A stretch of DNA of 64,000 nt from Alphaproteobacteria bacterium (GCA_017484225.1 JAFUTN010000028.1:6175-70174), one strand, 5' to 3'; numbered from the stretch's first letter, positions 8,383 through 20,003 are shown. Made by a program: numbers and translations. The notes: generated by a model not told the origin, from the sequence alone.

Positions 8383-10156
8383 TCTGTTTGCGCTGTTTTG
8401 TGTTTTTGTAACCGAAGCTGAGGCCGGAATATATGATAACATAGCTCTTTACGGAGAGTCAAAATACAAAACCGGATTTAAAAATTTTGCATACGTTAAT
8501 CCTGATGCGCCGCAGGGCGGAAAGATTATTTTGCCGGCATACGGCACATTTGATAATTTTAATCCTTATATTTTTAAGGGGGTTGCGGCAAGTTTTGTTG
8601 CCGGATTGGTTTTTGAAACACTGGGATTCTCGCCGACAGATGACCCGTTCACGGTATACCCTTTATTGGCAAAAAAATTTGAATTACCTGAAGACAAATC
8701 GTATGTCGGGTTTATTTTGGATGAAAATGCTCGTTTTTCCGATGGAACAAAAGTTAGCGCAGATGATGTTATTTTCAGCTTTAACGCCATAACGGAAAAG
8801 GGTTCTCCGATTTACAAAATGTATTATGCAGATGTTGACAGAGTTGAAAAACTTGCTCCGAATCATGTGCGCTTTTATTTTAAACAAGGCACGCAAAATA
8901 AAGAACTGCCGATGATTTTGTCGCAATTTGCCATCTTTTCCGAAAAGGACTGGAAGGATAAAGATTTTGCCAAACCTTATTTAAGTGTTCCGCTCGGGAG
9001 CGGGCCGTATACAGTGAAAGATTTTCAAATCAATAAATATGTGGAAATGCAAAAAAATCACGATTATTGGGGAAAAAATTTGCCGGTTCGGCGAGGTTTT
9101 TTTAATTTTGATACGATTCGTTATGACTATTATCAGGATACAACCGTTACGCTGCAGGCTTTGTTTTCCGGCAATATTGATGCACGTCAGGAATATATTG
9201 CTAAAATATGGATGACCGGATATGACAATGAGTTGGTAAAATCCGGAAAAATAGTCAAAAAAACATTTTCACATAACAATCCGGCAATATTGCAGAATTT
9301 TGCGTTTAATTTGCGCCGTCCCAAATTCCAAGACCGTCGTGTCCGTAAGGCCATAGATTTGGCTTTTAATTTTGAATGGGCAAATGAAAAACTTTTTTAC
9401 AATCAATACAAACGTTTGTTCAGTTATTTCAGCAACACCGGCATGGAAGCAACCGGTTTGCCTCAAGGACGGGAAAAAGAAATTTTGGAGCAATATGCCG
9501 ACCGGCTGAATCCGGATATTTTTACCCGTCCTTATGAGCAGACAACAAATAAAAATATTTATGATTCCCGAGAAAATCTGAAAAAAGCGGTGGAATTACT
9601 CAAAAGCGCAGGATATGATTTTGTTGACGGCAGAATGACAAATATGGCAACAGGTGAACCTCTTGAGTTTGAGGTGTTAAGCAACTCTGCCAACGGTTCA
9701 AGCTTTACAAAGGTTATGCTGCCGTTTATAGACAATTTGCGCAAAATCGGGATTAAGGCTGTTTTTCGTAATTTGGAGGTAAATATTTTCAAAAACCGTT
9801 TGGATAATTTTGATTTTGACATGGCCATAATTTCTTATCCGACCAGTCAACTTCCGGGGAACGAACAACGTGAATATTGGGGCAGTGAATCTGCGGATAT
9901 AAAAGGAAGCAATAATATTATAGGCATAAAAAATCCGGTAGTAGATGAGTTGATTAAGGGGTTGGTTGCAGCCGAAGAAAAAGAAGAGTATGTTGCTTAT
10001 GTTAAGGCACTGGACAGAGTTTTGCTCAGTGAAAATTATCTGATTTTTCAGTGGTATTCGCCGTATGAACGTGTCGGATACAAAAATAAATTCGGAATGC
10101 CTCCGGCAGATTTAAAAATCGGATTTCAGCCTTATACATGGTGGATAAAGGAGTAA
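8363..10156 (+). CDS. yejA: ABC peptide transporter substrate-binding protein (family 5, YejA-like)
   Basis: F.YVNPDAPQGG, FDNFNPYI.KG, PLGSGPY, F.DRRVR.AI..AFNFEW, ALDRVL. Confidence 0.88.
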   Translation: MKKIIASLFALFCVFVTEAEAGIYDNIALYGESKYKTGFKNFAYVNPDAPQGGKIILPAYGTFDNFNPYIFKGVAASFVAGLVFETLGFSPTDDPFTVYPLLAKKFELPEDKSYVGFILDENARFSDGTKVSADDVIFSFNAITEKGSPIYKMYYADVDRVEKLAPNHVRFYFKQGTQNKELPMILSQFAIFSEKDWKDKDFAKPYLSVPLGSGPYTVKDFQINKYVEMQKNHDYWGKNLPVRRGFFNFDTIRYDYYQDTTVTLQALFSGNIDARQEYIAKIWMTGYDNELVKSGKIVKKTFSHNNPAILQNFAFNLRRPKFQDRRVRKAIDLAFNFEWANEKLFYNQYKRLFSYFSNTGMEATGLPQGREKEILEQYADRLNPDIFTRPYEQTTNKNIYDSRENLKKAVELLKSAGYDFVDGRMTNMATGEPLEFEVLSNSANGSSFTKVMLPFIDNLRKIGIKAVFRNLEVNIFKNRLDNFDFDMAIISYPTSQLPGNEQREYWGSESADIKGSNNIIGIKNPVVDELIKGLVAAEEKEEYVAYVKALDRVLLSENYLIFQWYSPYERVGYKNKFGMPPADLKIGFQPYTWWIKE

Positions 10157-10159
10157 AAA

Positions 10160-11233
10160 ATGCGTAACTATATTTTAAAGAGGTTATTACTGATTCCTTT
10201 CACTTTATGGGGCATAATTACCGTAAACTTCATCATAATTCAACTTGCGCCGGGAGGTCCGGTTGATTATATGCTGGCTCAATATCGCGGAATGAATACC
10301 GACAGCAAATCACAATTTACGGCAACGGCAGAAGTTAATACCAGCACGGCTCAGTCAAAGTATGTAGGAGCTCAGGGTGTTCCGGAAGATTTGGTTAAAG
10401 CACTGGAGCAACAATTCGGTTTTGATAAACCATGGTATTATCGCTATGGAAAAATGCTGAAAGACTATTTATGCTTTGATTTCGGCAAAAGTTATTATCG
10501 TGATAAGTCTATTACGGAATTAATCAAAGAGAGATTGCCGGTATCTGTTTCTTTGGGTTTGTGGTCAACTTTGATAATTTATTTGATAGCAATTCCTTTA
10601 GGAATAAAAAAAGCCCGCAAAGACGGTTCAATATTTGATACGGTAACGTCATTTTTAGTGGTAATCGGGTCAGCAATGCCGGTATTTTTGCTGGCGGTAT
10701 TTTTTATTGTGTTTTTTGCCGGAGGAACGTATTTTCAGTGGTTCCCGCTCCGTGGATTAGTTTCGGATAATTGGGATACCTTCAGTTCTTGGCACAAAAT
10801 TACCGATTATTTTCATCATATTGCATTGCCGGTTTTAACTATGGTAATCGGTGGATTTGCCGGTCTTACCATGCTGACAAAAAACTCATTTTTAGATGAA
10901 ATAAATAAGCAATATGTTTTAACGGCACGAGCAAAAGGTGCTTCGGAAAATCGTATTTTATACGGACACGTTTTTCGTAATGCTATGCTTATTATCATAG
11001 CCGGATTTCCTTCGCTGCTGATAAAAATGCTGTTTACCGGTTCGTTGTTAATTGAAGTTATTTTTTCATTAAACGGATTGGGACTTTTGGGATATGAGGC
11101 AATCACAACGCGAGATTATCCGGTAGTTTTCGGAACTCTATATATATTCGGTCTTATAGGATTGGTGTTGAAATTGGTCAGTGATATAACATATTGTCTG
11201 GTTGACCCCCGTATCAATTTTGAAAAAAACTAA
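10160..11233 (+). CDS. yejB: ABC peptide transporter permease (YejB-like)
   Basis: [53 protein letters not shown]. Confidence 0.92.
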   Translation: MRNYILKRLLLIPFTLWGIITVNFIIIQLAPGGPVDYMLAQYRGMNTDSKSQFTATAEVNTSTAQSKYVGAQGVPEDLVKALEQQFGFDKPWYYRYGKMLKDYLCFDFGKSYYRDKSITELIKERLPVSVSLGLWSTLIIYLIAIPLGIKKARKDGSIFDTVTSFLVVIGSAMPVFLLAVFFIVFFAGGTYFQWFPLRGLVSDNWDTFSSWHKITDYFHHIALPVLTMVIGGFAGLTMLTKNSFLDEINKQYVLTARAKGASENRILYGHVFRNAMLIIIAGFPSLLIKMLFTGSLLIEVIFSLNGLGLLGYEAITTRDYPVVFGTLYIFGLIGLVLKLVSDITYCLVDPRINFEKN

Positions 11234-11240
11234 AATACGC

Positions 11241-11468
11241 TTTACAAAATTGAACTGATTATGTATTCTTTCGTCAGTTTCGGGTGTTCCGGAATTGGAG
11301 TGTAGAAACTCCATGAGCCATGTTTTGTGTAAAAACATAAAAATTACACGCTTTTCGGTTTCGGCTGGAAGGCGGTAAAATAAGTTATTCATAACAAATA
11401 TACCACACTATTTTGGTTCAGTAGTTTCTAACTTCCAGTCGCTTGTAAAAGGCGGCTTTTGTTTTTTT
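11241..11468 (+). ncRNA. Structured leader/attenuator, copy 1 (C4/CI-like architecture)
   Basis: TTTACA-N17-TATTCT promoter; box A 11303-11320 pairs with 11414-11430; box B 11362-11371 pairs with 11432-11441; terminator 11437-11457 plus U tract. Confidence 0.65.
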
Positions 11469-11481
11469 GAGCGAGGGAAAA

Positions 11482-11724
11482 ATGACTGAAAACAGATTAA
11501 CTTTTGACAACAAAATAGAAGTGTATCATCAGGTTGAATACTATGAAACAATGACAATTCGCAAATACAACATTATTTCAGCCGTTGACTATTTGAACGA
11601 GGCCGAGCAGGACAAGGTAATAAAGTATATATGCAGATTAACGAATAACCGCATACCTATGTATAAGGTAAAGAAAAAAACTAAAGTTTTGCAATCAAAT
11701 CAGCAATTTCTCGCGCAGAATTAA
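11482..11724 (+). CDS. Small hypothetical protein (80 aa) downstream of the attenuator
   Basis: GAGGG RBS before ATG 11482; the 3' end overlaps the convergent ELM1 gene. Confidence 0.55.
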   Translation: MTENRLTFDNKIEVYHQVEYYETMTIRKYNIISAVDYLNEAEQDKVIKYICRLTNNRIPMYKVKKKTKVLQSNQQFLAQN

Positions 11725-12652
11725 TACTTGCCGAAGGAACAAATTTTGCTGCTTCCGGATTTTCCAATAAAACAGCGCATTTGGTGGCACACAAAGAATT
11801 AACAAAACGCAAATGTTTCGGTGTCAGCCAATTTTTTCCGGTAAAAATATATATGGGTTTACCGGTGCCGGTTGCTTCACAGCACATGGATACGGAATCA
11901 CCGGTCACAACAATATTGTCGGCGCAGGCAAGATATCCCAAATACGGATTATCGCTTTTATCTCCCCATAAAAAGTTATGTTGCGGAATATTCTTGATTT
12001 TTTCCATTATAATTTTTTGTGCATTTTCTCCGGTTCGTCTTGATGTTGTAATTAAGACGGAACCGCCGATTTCTGATTTCAATTTTTTCAGTGCATCACC
12101 TAAAGAATGAGCGTTTTCCAAAGAAAACGGTTTTTTCTTTATTGCTCCGCCGACAATTACGGCTGTCAGCGGTCTGGGCAAATCGGCAAAAGTATTTTGC
12201 CATTTTCGGCGTGCTTCGGACAAAACATCTTGTGTAATCCGGTGAGGACATCCGACAATGTAATGAATGTTTGAGCAAAAGGCTTTGTCTTTATCATGTT
12301 CCGGAACAATAACCAATGAAAATTCCTTCAATCCGGTTGTCCCGGGGTGCATAAGCTGAATAAGCTTTGTCTTCGGTGACATTTTTTTTATGTAACGAGC
12401 AACCGGAACCGTGCGGCGGCTGATTGATAACACATAATCAGGGTAAGGGGCTTTAATCTCCGTTTTGGATTGTTTGGTTATACCAAGCAAAGTTTTGGCG
12501 CGCAACCAGTTTGGTAAGGCCGCAAACCTTGTGTAGTCCAATTTTTTTTCCGTAACGGTAAAAATTTTTTTATCAAGTTCATTAACGACGCCCATGGCTT
12601 GCCCCACGCTTCCGCGTCTGTTGTCAGTTAAAACCCATAAATTTTTTTGCAT
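11681..12652 (-). CDS. ELM1/GtrOC1 family putative glycosyltransferase
   Basis: WVLTD.R.G...Q, VPEHD, ITTSRRT, NPYLGYLA.AD.IVVTGDSVSM..EA. Confidence 0.9.
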   Translation of the reverse strand: MQKNLWVLTDNRRGSVGQAMGVVNELDKKIFTVTEKKLDYTRFAALPNWLRAKTLLGITKQSKTEIKAPYPDYVLSISRRTVPVARYIKKMSPKTKLIQLMHPGTTGLKEFSLVIVPEHDKDKAFCSNIHYIVGCPHRITQDVLSEARRKWQNTFADLPRPLTAVIVGGAIKKKPFSLENAHSLGDALKKLKSEIGGSVLITTSRRTGENAQKIIMEKIKNIPQHNFLWGDKSDNPYLGYLACADNIVVTGDSVSMCCEATGTGKPIYIFTGKNWLTPKHLRFVNSLCATKCAVLLENPEAAKFVPSASINSAREIADLIAKL

Positions 12653-12738
12653 AACAAACCTGCCATATTTAATTTTGCTTTTTATCCAATATATGCTATA
12701 AGCAAAAATAGGCAACACTTTTTAATAAGGAGCGCACA

Positions 12739-13137
12739 ATGAAGTTTATTGCAAGTATGCTTTTGATTTTAAGTATTTCATTTTCCGCAGCGGCACAAAT
12801 GCCTTACGAAACAAAGAGCTATAAATTCAAGGATTCGCCGCAGGCAAAAACACTGGAGCAAAGAATATCCGAAAACAAAGGAATAATGGGCAATTCGCAA
12901 GATGAGACGGAAGCGAGAAATCTTTTGGTGTTGAAAGCCGTTCTTGATTATAAGATGGGAGACAAAAAATTAGAGCCTTATTTTGAAAAACTTAAGCATA
13001 ACCGCGAGTTTTATCAAAAATTGGCACGAATTATGAAAGATTTGGATAATAAAAAATATCGCAACGGAACAAATCAGGATATTATGTCAATTTTAGATAA
13101 CGCCGGAGCTCGGCTTTATAATAATTACTCCAATTAA
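12739..13137 (+). CDS. Secreted hypothetical protein
   Basis: Signal peptide ending SAAA-Q; AGGAG RBS. Confidence 0.75.
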   Translation: MKFIASMLLILSISFSAAAQMPYETKSYKFKDSPQAKTLEQRISENKGIMGNSQDETEARNLLVLKAVLDYKMGDKKLEPYFEKLKHNREFYQKLARIMKDLDNKKYRNGTNQDIMSILDNAGARLYNNYSN

Positions 13138-13207
13138 TAATTGTTTAACCCTATAAGAGTATAATTTCCTCAGAAAGGGAATATCCCCGAGCAAAAAGTG
13201 AGGAAAA

Positions 13208-13552
13208 ATGAAAAAGGTATTGTTGCTTTTGTTTGCCGTGTGTGCATGTGTTTCTCGTCAGGAAAATACTGCCGAGGTTAAGAGTGCAGATGTGTCGCCA
13301 AACGTAAAATCTGCCGTGTTAACTGCGGATGATGCTCAGAGAATCAGAGAAAATATTAATGTAAAAGGTGCGGGAAACGATTTTGTGATATATGAATATG
13401 CTAATTTACGGATAGATAACGTGGCAACACTGGCTTCAGCTTATTGCTACAATATAAACCCTGAAACAAAGGCGTATTTGCGCGATATATACATGACAAA
13501 AAATCATAAGAGACGTGCCACTTTTGACTGCGTAACACTTGCAGGGCAATAA
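13208..13552 (+). CDS. Hypothetical lipoprotein
   Basis: MKKVLLLLFAVCAC lipobox-like; GAGG RBS. Confidence 0.7.
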   Translation: MKKVLLLLFAVCACVSRQENTAEVKSADVSPNVKSAVLTADDAQRIRENINVKGAGNDFVIYEYANLRIDNVATLASAYCYNINPETKAYLRDIYMTKNHKRRATFDCVTLAGQ

Positions 13553-13588
13553 TTGCAAACCTATATATTTATTTAGGGGGCAATTAAA

Positions 13589-14509
13589 ATGAGCAAAGAT
13601 TTATATCAAATTTTGGGTGTTAATAAATCTGCCGGTGAGGCGGAAATAAAGTCGGCTTATCGTAAGTTGGCACGGAAATATCATCCTGATTTGAACAAAG
13701 ATGATAAAAATGCCGCGGAAAAATTCAAGGAAGTTTCTGCTGCTTATGATATTTTGGGAAATGAAGAAAAACGCAAAAAATATGACAATAACGAAATAGA
13801 TGCAGACGGAAAACCGACAGGTTTCGGAGCCGGTTTCAATCCGAACGATTACTCATCTTATACATACAGTGGCGGAAATCCCTTCGGAGCCGGTTTCGGT
13901 AATGCCCAAGGTTTTGATTTTTCTTCTATTTTCGGAGATGATGTTTTTTCTCAATTTACCGGAGGGAACGGAGGTTTTTCACGTAAAAGCAGAGCAAGCA
14001 AAGGACAAGATTTGTCATATAATATGCGGGTTGATTTTCTGGATGCTGCCAACGGTATGGAGAAAAGCATTAATCTGAACGGAAAAAATATTAATGTAAA
14101 AATTCCGGCCGGAACTCAAAACGGACAAACTTTGCGCCTGAAGGGAATGGGATTAGCCGGTGCAAACGGAGGGCAAAACGGTGATGCTCTGATAACAATC
14201 AACGTTGGCGAGCATCCGTATTTCAAGGCTGATGGAAATAATATTTTGCTTAATTTGCCTATTTCTCTTAAAGAGGCGGTAAAAGGGGCTAAGATAACCG
14301 TTCCGACCATTAACGGTAAAGTTATGCTCAACATTCCGTCCGGTGCTTCCAGCGGAGAAAAATTACGTCTTAAAGGTAAAGGAATTAAGTCTAAAACATC
14401 TCAAGGTGATGAAATTGTTACATTGCAGGTTGTATTGCCGCAAGTAATCGGTGATGACTTGAAAAAATTTGCCGAAAAAATGGATAACTATGCGGTAAGG
14501 GATTTTTAA
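13589..14509 (+). CDS. DnaJ-class chaperone without zinc finger (CbpA-like)
   Basis: J domain with HPD, G/F-rich region and DnaJ C-terminal domain; no CxxCxGxG repeats. Confidence 0.92.
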   Translation: MSKDLYQILGVNKSAGEAEIKSAYRKLARKYHPDLNKDDKNAAEKFKEVSAAYDILGNEEKRKKYDNNEIDADGKPTGFGAGFNPNDYSSYTYSGGNPFGAGFGNAQGFDFSSIFGDDVFSQFTGGNGGFSRKSRASKGQDLSYNMRVDFLDAANGMEKSINLNGKNINVKIPAGTQNGQTLRLKGMGLAGANGGQNGDALITINVGEHPYFKADGNNILLNLPISLKEAVKGAKITVPTINGKVMLNIPSGASSGEKLRLKGKGIKSKTSQGDEIVTLQVVLPQVIGDDLKKFAEKMDNYAVRDF

Positions 14510-15072
14510 TGCTTTTGGACGATTTGAAAAAATTTGATTGGCTGAATGAGCCGGAAAATGTGCGCTTTGACGAAACCGGAATGCGCGTTGTTGCCAAATG
14601 CCGCACTGATTTTTGGAATTGTGTGCGCTACGATTTTATTAAAGATGACGGACATTTTTTCTTTTGTTATGCGGTGGATGATTTTTGTTGCGACTTAAAT
14701 TGGGAATTTGAAAAGGCCGAACTGTTTGACCAATGCGGTATCATGCTGAGAATAGATGAAAACAACTGGTTTAAGGCTTCTGTTATGTATGAAAATGAAG
14801 AGGTTCCGATGTTGGCAACCAGCATGACAACAAACGGATTATCCGATTTAGCCACTGTTCCTTTGCCGGTAGGGATTAAAAGAGTTTGGTATCGCTTGAA
14901 AAGGTATAAAGGGTGTTATATTGCCAGTTATTCGTTGGACGGCGAAAATTATGTTCAGATGCGCAAATTTTATCTTTTGTATGACACGGACGAGGTCAAG
15001 GTCGGAGCGTATATTTGCTCTCCGCAGCACGAAGATTTTGAAGCCGTTTTACGCGGTGTAGAAATGAGTTAA
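14509..15072 (+). CDS. DUF1349 family protein
   Basis: WLNEP, TDFW....Y.F..D.GHF, FDQCG.M.RID..NW.KAS, VG.Y.CSP. Confidence 0.85.
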   Translation: MLLDDLKKFDWLNEPENVRFDETGMRVVAKCRTDFWNCVRYDFIKDDGHFFFCYAVDDFCCDLNWEFEKAELFDQCGIMLRIDENNWFKASVMYENEEVPMLATSMTTNGLSDLATVPLPVGIKRVWYRLKRYKGCYIASYSLDGENYVQMRKFYLLYDTDEVKVGAYICSPQHEDFEAVLRGVEMS

Positions 15073-15893
15073 TTTACTTTTTCCTCTTTTTTATTATCCT
15101 CATCAACGCTGAACACGGTGTAGTGCAGGGCAAACGAGCAATTATCCTTTACTACACAAGTGCATTCGGCTCTGGCTGCACTTTCTTTGAATGGTGCCGG
15201 CATATAGCTGTCACCCGGCTTTGCTACATTTGAAATATGTGTAGCCCTTTTTCTGATGGCTCTCTTCTTTCCGCTTTTATCAACAAAATAAGACATTTTA
15301 AGCTCACTGTTGTCAAATTCTTTATCAACATTTTCAAATGCCGAATCTTTTTTAGTTTTGGCATCATACGTTCCGATAGCCATGGCTAACAACCCGCGCA
15401 CCTTATCACCCCAATCCATTGTTGCCAAACCGATACAAACATCTCTTGGAAGTCCTTGATAAGAAATCTTAAACGTCGGAGATTCCAATTTCAGCTGCTT
15501 GTTTTCCATCGGTTTTGTGCCTTTAATCAAAATATTTCCGCCGTATGGATTGATTAACTTATTTCCGGAATCAACAATAATAGAGTCCGGAACGGCACCG
15601 ATTTTAATCATCTTTTCAACAGAAGTATCTTCTTCGTCCGGATGAAGAGTGTAATAAACACGGATATTTTCAATAAAGGTAGACATCTGCAGCGTCGTAT
15701 AATTAATTTTTGTCAGATAATCAAGGTTTTTATGCCCCTTCTGGGCTACATCCCAAATCAAAAAGCCGGCAATGGAAATAAGTATGGCAGAAATAATTAA
15801 ACCGATAATTTTTTCGCTTGTGTTCTGAAACCAAGCTTTGGCACTGCCATGCCAATCTTTCAAACCCAAAATTTTCTTAAAAAATTTTTTCAC
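15069..15893 (-). CDS. Type IV pilin-like protein (PilS-like globular domain)
   Basis: TM helix, Q.STFIENIR.YY, NPYGGNI, F.ISY.GLPRDVC..LAT.DW and terminal Cys residues. Confidence 0.65.
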   Translation of the reverse strand: MKKFFKKILGLKDWHGSAKAWFQNTSEKIIGLIISAILISIAGFLIWDVAQKGHKNLDYLTKINYTTLQMSTFIENIRVYYTLHPDEEDTSVEKMIKIGAVPDSIIVDSGNKLINPYGGNILIKGTKPMENKQLKLESPTFKISYQGLPRDVCIGLATMDWGDKVRGLLAMAIGTYDAKTKKDSAFENVDKEFDNSELKMSYFVDKSGKKRAIRKRATHISNVAKPGDSYMPAPFKESAARAECTCVVKDNCSFALHYTVFSVDEDNKKEEKVN

Positions 15894-15909
15894 GCCGAAA
15901 CTCCTAAAA

Positions 15910-18585
15910 TTACCCCATTATTCTGCCGTGGCAATGTTTAAACTTTTTTCCGCTGCCGCACGGACACAAGTCATTACGAGACACGTTAGCAAACATTTTT
16001 TCATCAAACTTTTTATCCGAAGTCAGCGAAATTTCGTCATGAACAGCCGACATTTTGCGATTTTGCTGTTTTTCTTCCGCTTTTTGCATTGCTTCCTGAG
16101 TATTGGTTTGAATTACGGTATGACATATAACCACGGTAACTCTCTCCTTAAGGGTGTCCAACAAACGAGAAAACATATTAAAGGCTTCTTTTTTGTATTC
16201 GTTAAGCGGATCTTTTTGACCGTAGGCACGCAACACAATAGTGTGACGCATTAAATCCAATGTGGCAATATGTTCTTTCCAAAGTTGATCAAGCACCTGT
16301 AAGAAAATACTCTTCTTTACCATTTTTACCACATCCGGAGGCAAAACGGATTCTCTTTCTTTCAAACGAGCATCAATTTCTTGCAAAATTTGCTCTTTTA
16401 TGGATTCGCTGTCAACTTCCGGATTGTTGCACCAATTTGTTATCGGCAGAGTAAAACCGGTGGTAACGGCCATATCATGTTTTAATCCGTCAACATTCCA
16501 CTCGGAAACGGAAGTTCCGTATGGAACATGAGATGAAATAATGGCGCTCAGATACTCATCACGCATATCCGTAATAGTTTCGCTCAAATCTTCCGTTTCC
16601 ATAATTTCACGACGCTGTTCATAAATAATTTTGCGTTGCTCATTCATTACATTGTCGTATTTAAGCAGATTTTTACGAATATCAAAGTTGCGTTCCTCAA
16701 CTTTTTGCTGCGCTTTTTCCAGAGCTTTGCTAATCCAAGGATGAACAAGAGCCTCGCCTTCAGGCAAACCGAGTCTGTGTAAAACATTTGACATTTTTTC
16801 CGAGCCGAAAATACGCATCAAATCATCTTCCATGGAAAGGAAAAATTTAGACGTTCCCGGATCACCCTGACGACCGGAACGACCGCGTAATTGATTATCA
16901 ATACGGCGGCTTTCATGACGCTCCGTTCCTAAAATATATAAACCGCCGGCAGCCAAAACTTTTTCTTTATCGGCAGCAACTTCTTTATTTACTTTATCCT
17001 TAATTTCGGCAATTTGTTCCGGTGTTTCGTTGCCGGTTAAAAGTTCTTTGAGGCGCATATCCGGATTACCGCCGAGTTGAATATCCGTTCCGCGTCCGGC
17101 CATATTTGTGGCAATGGTTACGGCTCCGGAAACGCCTGCTTGAGCCACAATAGCAGCTTCACGTTCGTGGTAGCGAGCGTTCAACACTTCAAATTTTATA
17201 TCCGGAGCAGCTTTTTTCAGTAAATCGGCGACAATTTCTGATTTTTCAACAGAAGTGGTGCCGACCAGAACAGGCTGCCCTTTTTGATGACATTCAATAA
17301 TGGTTTTGATAATGGCATTGTATTTTTCCTTTTCCAAACGATAAATCTCGTCTTGCAAGTCCTGACGTTGAACCGGTTTGTTTGTCGGAATTTCTATGCA
17401 AATTAAATTGTAAATATCCGAAAATTCGGTTTCTTCGGTCATGGCCGTTCCTGTCATACCGGCAAGTTTCGGGTATAAACGAAAATAGTTTTGGAACGTG
17501 ATGGAAGCCAGTGTCTGATTTTCGGATTGAATTTTAACACCTTCTTTAGCTTCCAGTGCCTGATGCAGACCGTCACTGAAGCGGCGACCTTCCATTATAC
17601 GGCCGGTAAATTCGTCAACAATAACAACTTTGTCATCTTTAACAATGTAATCAACATCACGTTGATACATGGTTGCGGCACGCAAAGCATTGTTAACGTG
17701 CTGAACCAAGTTCACGTTTCCGATGTCATACAACGAACCTTCGGTAATTAAACCGGCATCACGAAGCAATTTTTCAACATGCTCCATACCGGATTCCGTT
17801 AAAGTTACGGATTTTTGTTTTTCATCTTTTTCGTAATCTTGCTCGCTTAAATTCGGAATAATTTTGGCCATACTGATATAAATTGCCGAGGAATCCTCAG
17901 CTTCACCGGAAATAATCAACGGAGTTCTGGCTTCATCAATCAAAATGGAATCCACTTCATCCACAATGGCAAAATTGAAATCACGCTGAACACGCTCATA
18001 CAAACTGAACTTCATATTGTCACGCAAATAATCAAATCCGAGCTCGTTGTTGGTTCCGTAAACAATATCAGAGGCGTATGCCTGACGACGCTCGTTGTCA
18101 TTCTTTCCATGAACAATGTAGTCAACGCTTAAACCCAAAAAGCGATAAATTTGCCCCATCCATTCGGCATCACGTTTGGCCAAATAATCGTTGACGGTAA
18201 CTACATGCACACCTTTGCCTTCAATGGCATTTAAGTAAGCAGCCAATGTGGCAACCAAAGTTTTACCTTCACCGGTTTTCATTTCGGCAATCATACCTTT
18301 ATGCAACACAATACCGCCGATTAACTGCACATCATAATGGCGCTGGCCTAAAACACGCTTAGCCGCTTCGCGAACGCAAGCAAAAGCTTCCGGCAACAAA
18401 TCGTCAAGAGTTTCTCCGTTTTTGATTCTTTGGCGAAATTCTTCGGTTTTAGCCTTTAACTGTTCGTCGGATAATTTAATAAAATCCGGTTCCAGAGCAT
18501 TGATTTGATTAACGATTTTATATTGTTTTTTGATAAAGCGATCATTGGCGCTGCCAAAAATTTTGCGTGCAATTTTACCTAACAT
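15910..18585 (-). CDS. secA: Preprotein translocase ATPase SecA
   Basis: [41 protein letters not shown]-terminal [18 protein letters not shown]. Confidence 0.99.
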   Translation of the reverse strand: MLGKIARKIFGSANDRFIKKQYKIVNQINALEPDFIKLSDEQLKAKTEEFRQRIKNGETLDDLLPEAFACVREAAKRVLGQRHYDVQLIGGIVLHKGMIAEMKTGEGKTLVATLAAYLNAIEGKGVHVVTVNDYLAKRDAEWMGQIYRFLGLSVDYIVHGKNDNERRQAYASDIVYGTNNELGFDYLRDNMKFSLYERVQRDFNFAIVDEVDSILIDEARTPLIISGEAEDSSAIYISMAKIIPNLSEQDYEKDEKQKSVTLTESGMEHVEKLLRDAGLITEGSLYDIGNVNLVQHVNNALRAATMYQRDVDYIVKDDKVVIVDEFTGRIMEGRRFSDGLHQALEAKEGVKIQSENQTLASITFQNYFRLYPKLAGMTGTAMTEETEFSDIYNLICIEIPTNKPVQRQDLQDEIYRLEKEKYNAIIKTIIECHQKGQPVLVGTTSVEKSEIVADLLKKAAPDIKFEVLNARYHEREAAIVAQAGVSGAVTIATNMAGRGTDIQLGGNPDMRLKELLTGNETPEQIAEIKDKVNKEVAADKEKVLAAGGLYILGTERHESRRIDNQLRGRSGRQGDPGTSKFFLSMEDDLMRIFGSEKMSNVLHRLGLPEGEALVHPWISKALEKAQQKVEERNFDIRKNLLKYDNVMNEQRKIIYEQRREIMETEDLSETITDMRDEYLSAIISSHVPYGTSVSEWNVDGLKHDMAVTTGFTLPITNWCNNPEVDSESIKEQILQEIDARLKERESVLPPDVVKMVKKSIFLQVLDQLWKEHIATLDLMRHTIVLRAYGQKDPLNEYKKEAFNMFSRLLDTLKERVTVVICHTVIQTNTQEAMQKAEEKQQNRKMSAVHDEISLTSDKKFDEKMFANVSRNDLCPCGSGKKFKHCHGRIMG

Positions 18586-18747
18586 TTAAATTCCTTTAAT
18601 TCATATACAAACTTAACTTACATTTAGTTTGAATAATGAGTAAAGTCAAGACATTGTTCAAAAGTTATGAACTTATATTAAAAAATAAATTGAAATTTAA
18701 CTCCTCTGTATTATTATTAGCACGATTTGTTTATTTATTTGGAGGAA

Positions 18748-19629
18748 ATGATGCAAAAAAAATACGTATTTACCATTGCCGCAATGTTGGTGGTTTTGGC
18801 AGCCGGCGCTTTAACATATAAAGTTTATGCCGAAAAAAATAACGGAGTTGCCGCCGTAATAAACGGCGAACAAATTACCGTTGCCGAAGTTAAGGAACTT
18901 TATGAAGAAAATCCGCAGATTAAGGCGCAAGTTCCGTTTGAAGAATTTTATTCTCGTGCTTTGGATGTTATTGTTAACAGCAAATTGGCTTTGCAGGCAG
19001 CAACTAAGGCAAATATCCAAGCTACTCCGGAATATCAAAAAGAATTGGCTACCGTTCAAGACGAATTGGCTCGCAAGGTTTATATTGATAAGCAGGTTGC
19101 CGCTCGTGTAACCGATGAGGCCGTTAAATCTTTTTATGATAATTATGTTTCCGAATTCAAAAGTGCTAAGGAAGTTAAAGCTAAGCATATTTTGGTAGAT
19201 ACCGAAGATATGGCAAAAGAAATTATTGCTAAACTGGATAAAAAAGCAAAATTTGATGATTTGGCAAAAGAATATTCCAAAGATCAGGCTGATTTGGGCT
19301 ATTTTACCGCCGATATGATGGTTCCGGAATTTTCTGAAGCCGCATTTGCCATGGAAAAGGGTTCTTATTCCAAGGAGCCGGTTAAAACCGAATTCGGTTA
19401 CCATGTTATTTTGGTAGAAGATGTTCGTGATTCTCAACCTTTACCTTTGGCAGAAGTTGCAGATCAAATAAAAAATAATTTGGCTCAACAAGCCGTTGAA
19501 GATGTTGTTGCCGATTTGCGCAACAATGCTCAAATTGATAAATATGATTTAAACGGCAAAAAAATTAAAGAAGAAACAAAAGAAGAGCAAATAGCCAGAG
19601 CCGTTAAACAAGCTCAGCAAGCTAAATAA
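18748..19629 (+). CDS. Parvulin/PpiC-type peptidyl-prolyl isomerase (PrsA-like foldase)
   Basis: AKHILV, F.DLAKEYS.D, DLGYF....MVPEFSEAAF, PVKTEFGYHVI. Confidence 0.92.
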   Translation: MMQKKYVFTIAAMLVVLAAGALTYKVYAEKNNGVAAVINGEQITVAEVKELYEENPQIKAQVPFEEFYSRALDVIVNSKLALQAATKANIQATPEYQKELATVQDELARKVYIDKQVAARVTDEAVKSFYDNYVSEFKSAKEVKAKHILVDTEDMAKEIIAKLDKKAKFDDLAKEYSKDQADLGYFTADMMVPEFSEAAFAMEKGSYSKEPVKTEFGYHVILVEDVRDSQPLPLAEVADQIKNNLAQQAVEDVVADLRNNAQIDKYDLNGKKIKEETKEEQIARAVKQAQQAK

Positions 19630-19648
19630 TTTTTAGCGAATACAAAAT

Positions 19649-19674
19649 AAAAGGCGGTTTTTTAACCGCCTTTT
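19649..19674. terminator. Bidirectional terminator
   Basis: AAAAGGCGGTT-N4-AACCGCCTTTT. Confidence 0.85.
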
Positions 19675-19685
19675 GCTTTTACAAA

Positions 19686-20003
19686 TCAGTCTGCCGAACC
19701 TATATTACGCAAACCGGTAATAATATTTTCCGCATCACTTTGAGCTTGTGAACTTATACCCATAGATTCCAACGCCAGTTTTTTGATACATCCGCCGGCA
19801 ATATCTTTTGCTGTGGCCGTAATGGAATCGTTAAATAATGTTCCGGCCTGAAAACGAGTGGTTGCATCATTTAACATACAGCTGTGCAATTTTGCACGGT
19901 ATCCGGTGTCCGTTCCGCTTGAAGATGAACCCATAAAAGAAGAAATTTCCGAACAAGCTCCTAAAACCAAAGCCAATGCTACGGATAATAAAATTTTTTT
20001 CAT
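19686..20003 (-). CDS. Hypothetical lipoprotein
   Basis: Lipobox LGAC. Confidence 0.75.
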   Translation of the reverse strand: MKKILLSVALALVLGACSEISSFMGSSSSGTDTGYRAKLHSCMLNDATTRFQAGTLFNDSITATAKDIAGGCIKKLALESMGISSQAQSDAENIITGLRNIGSAD

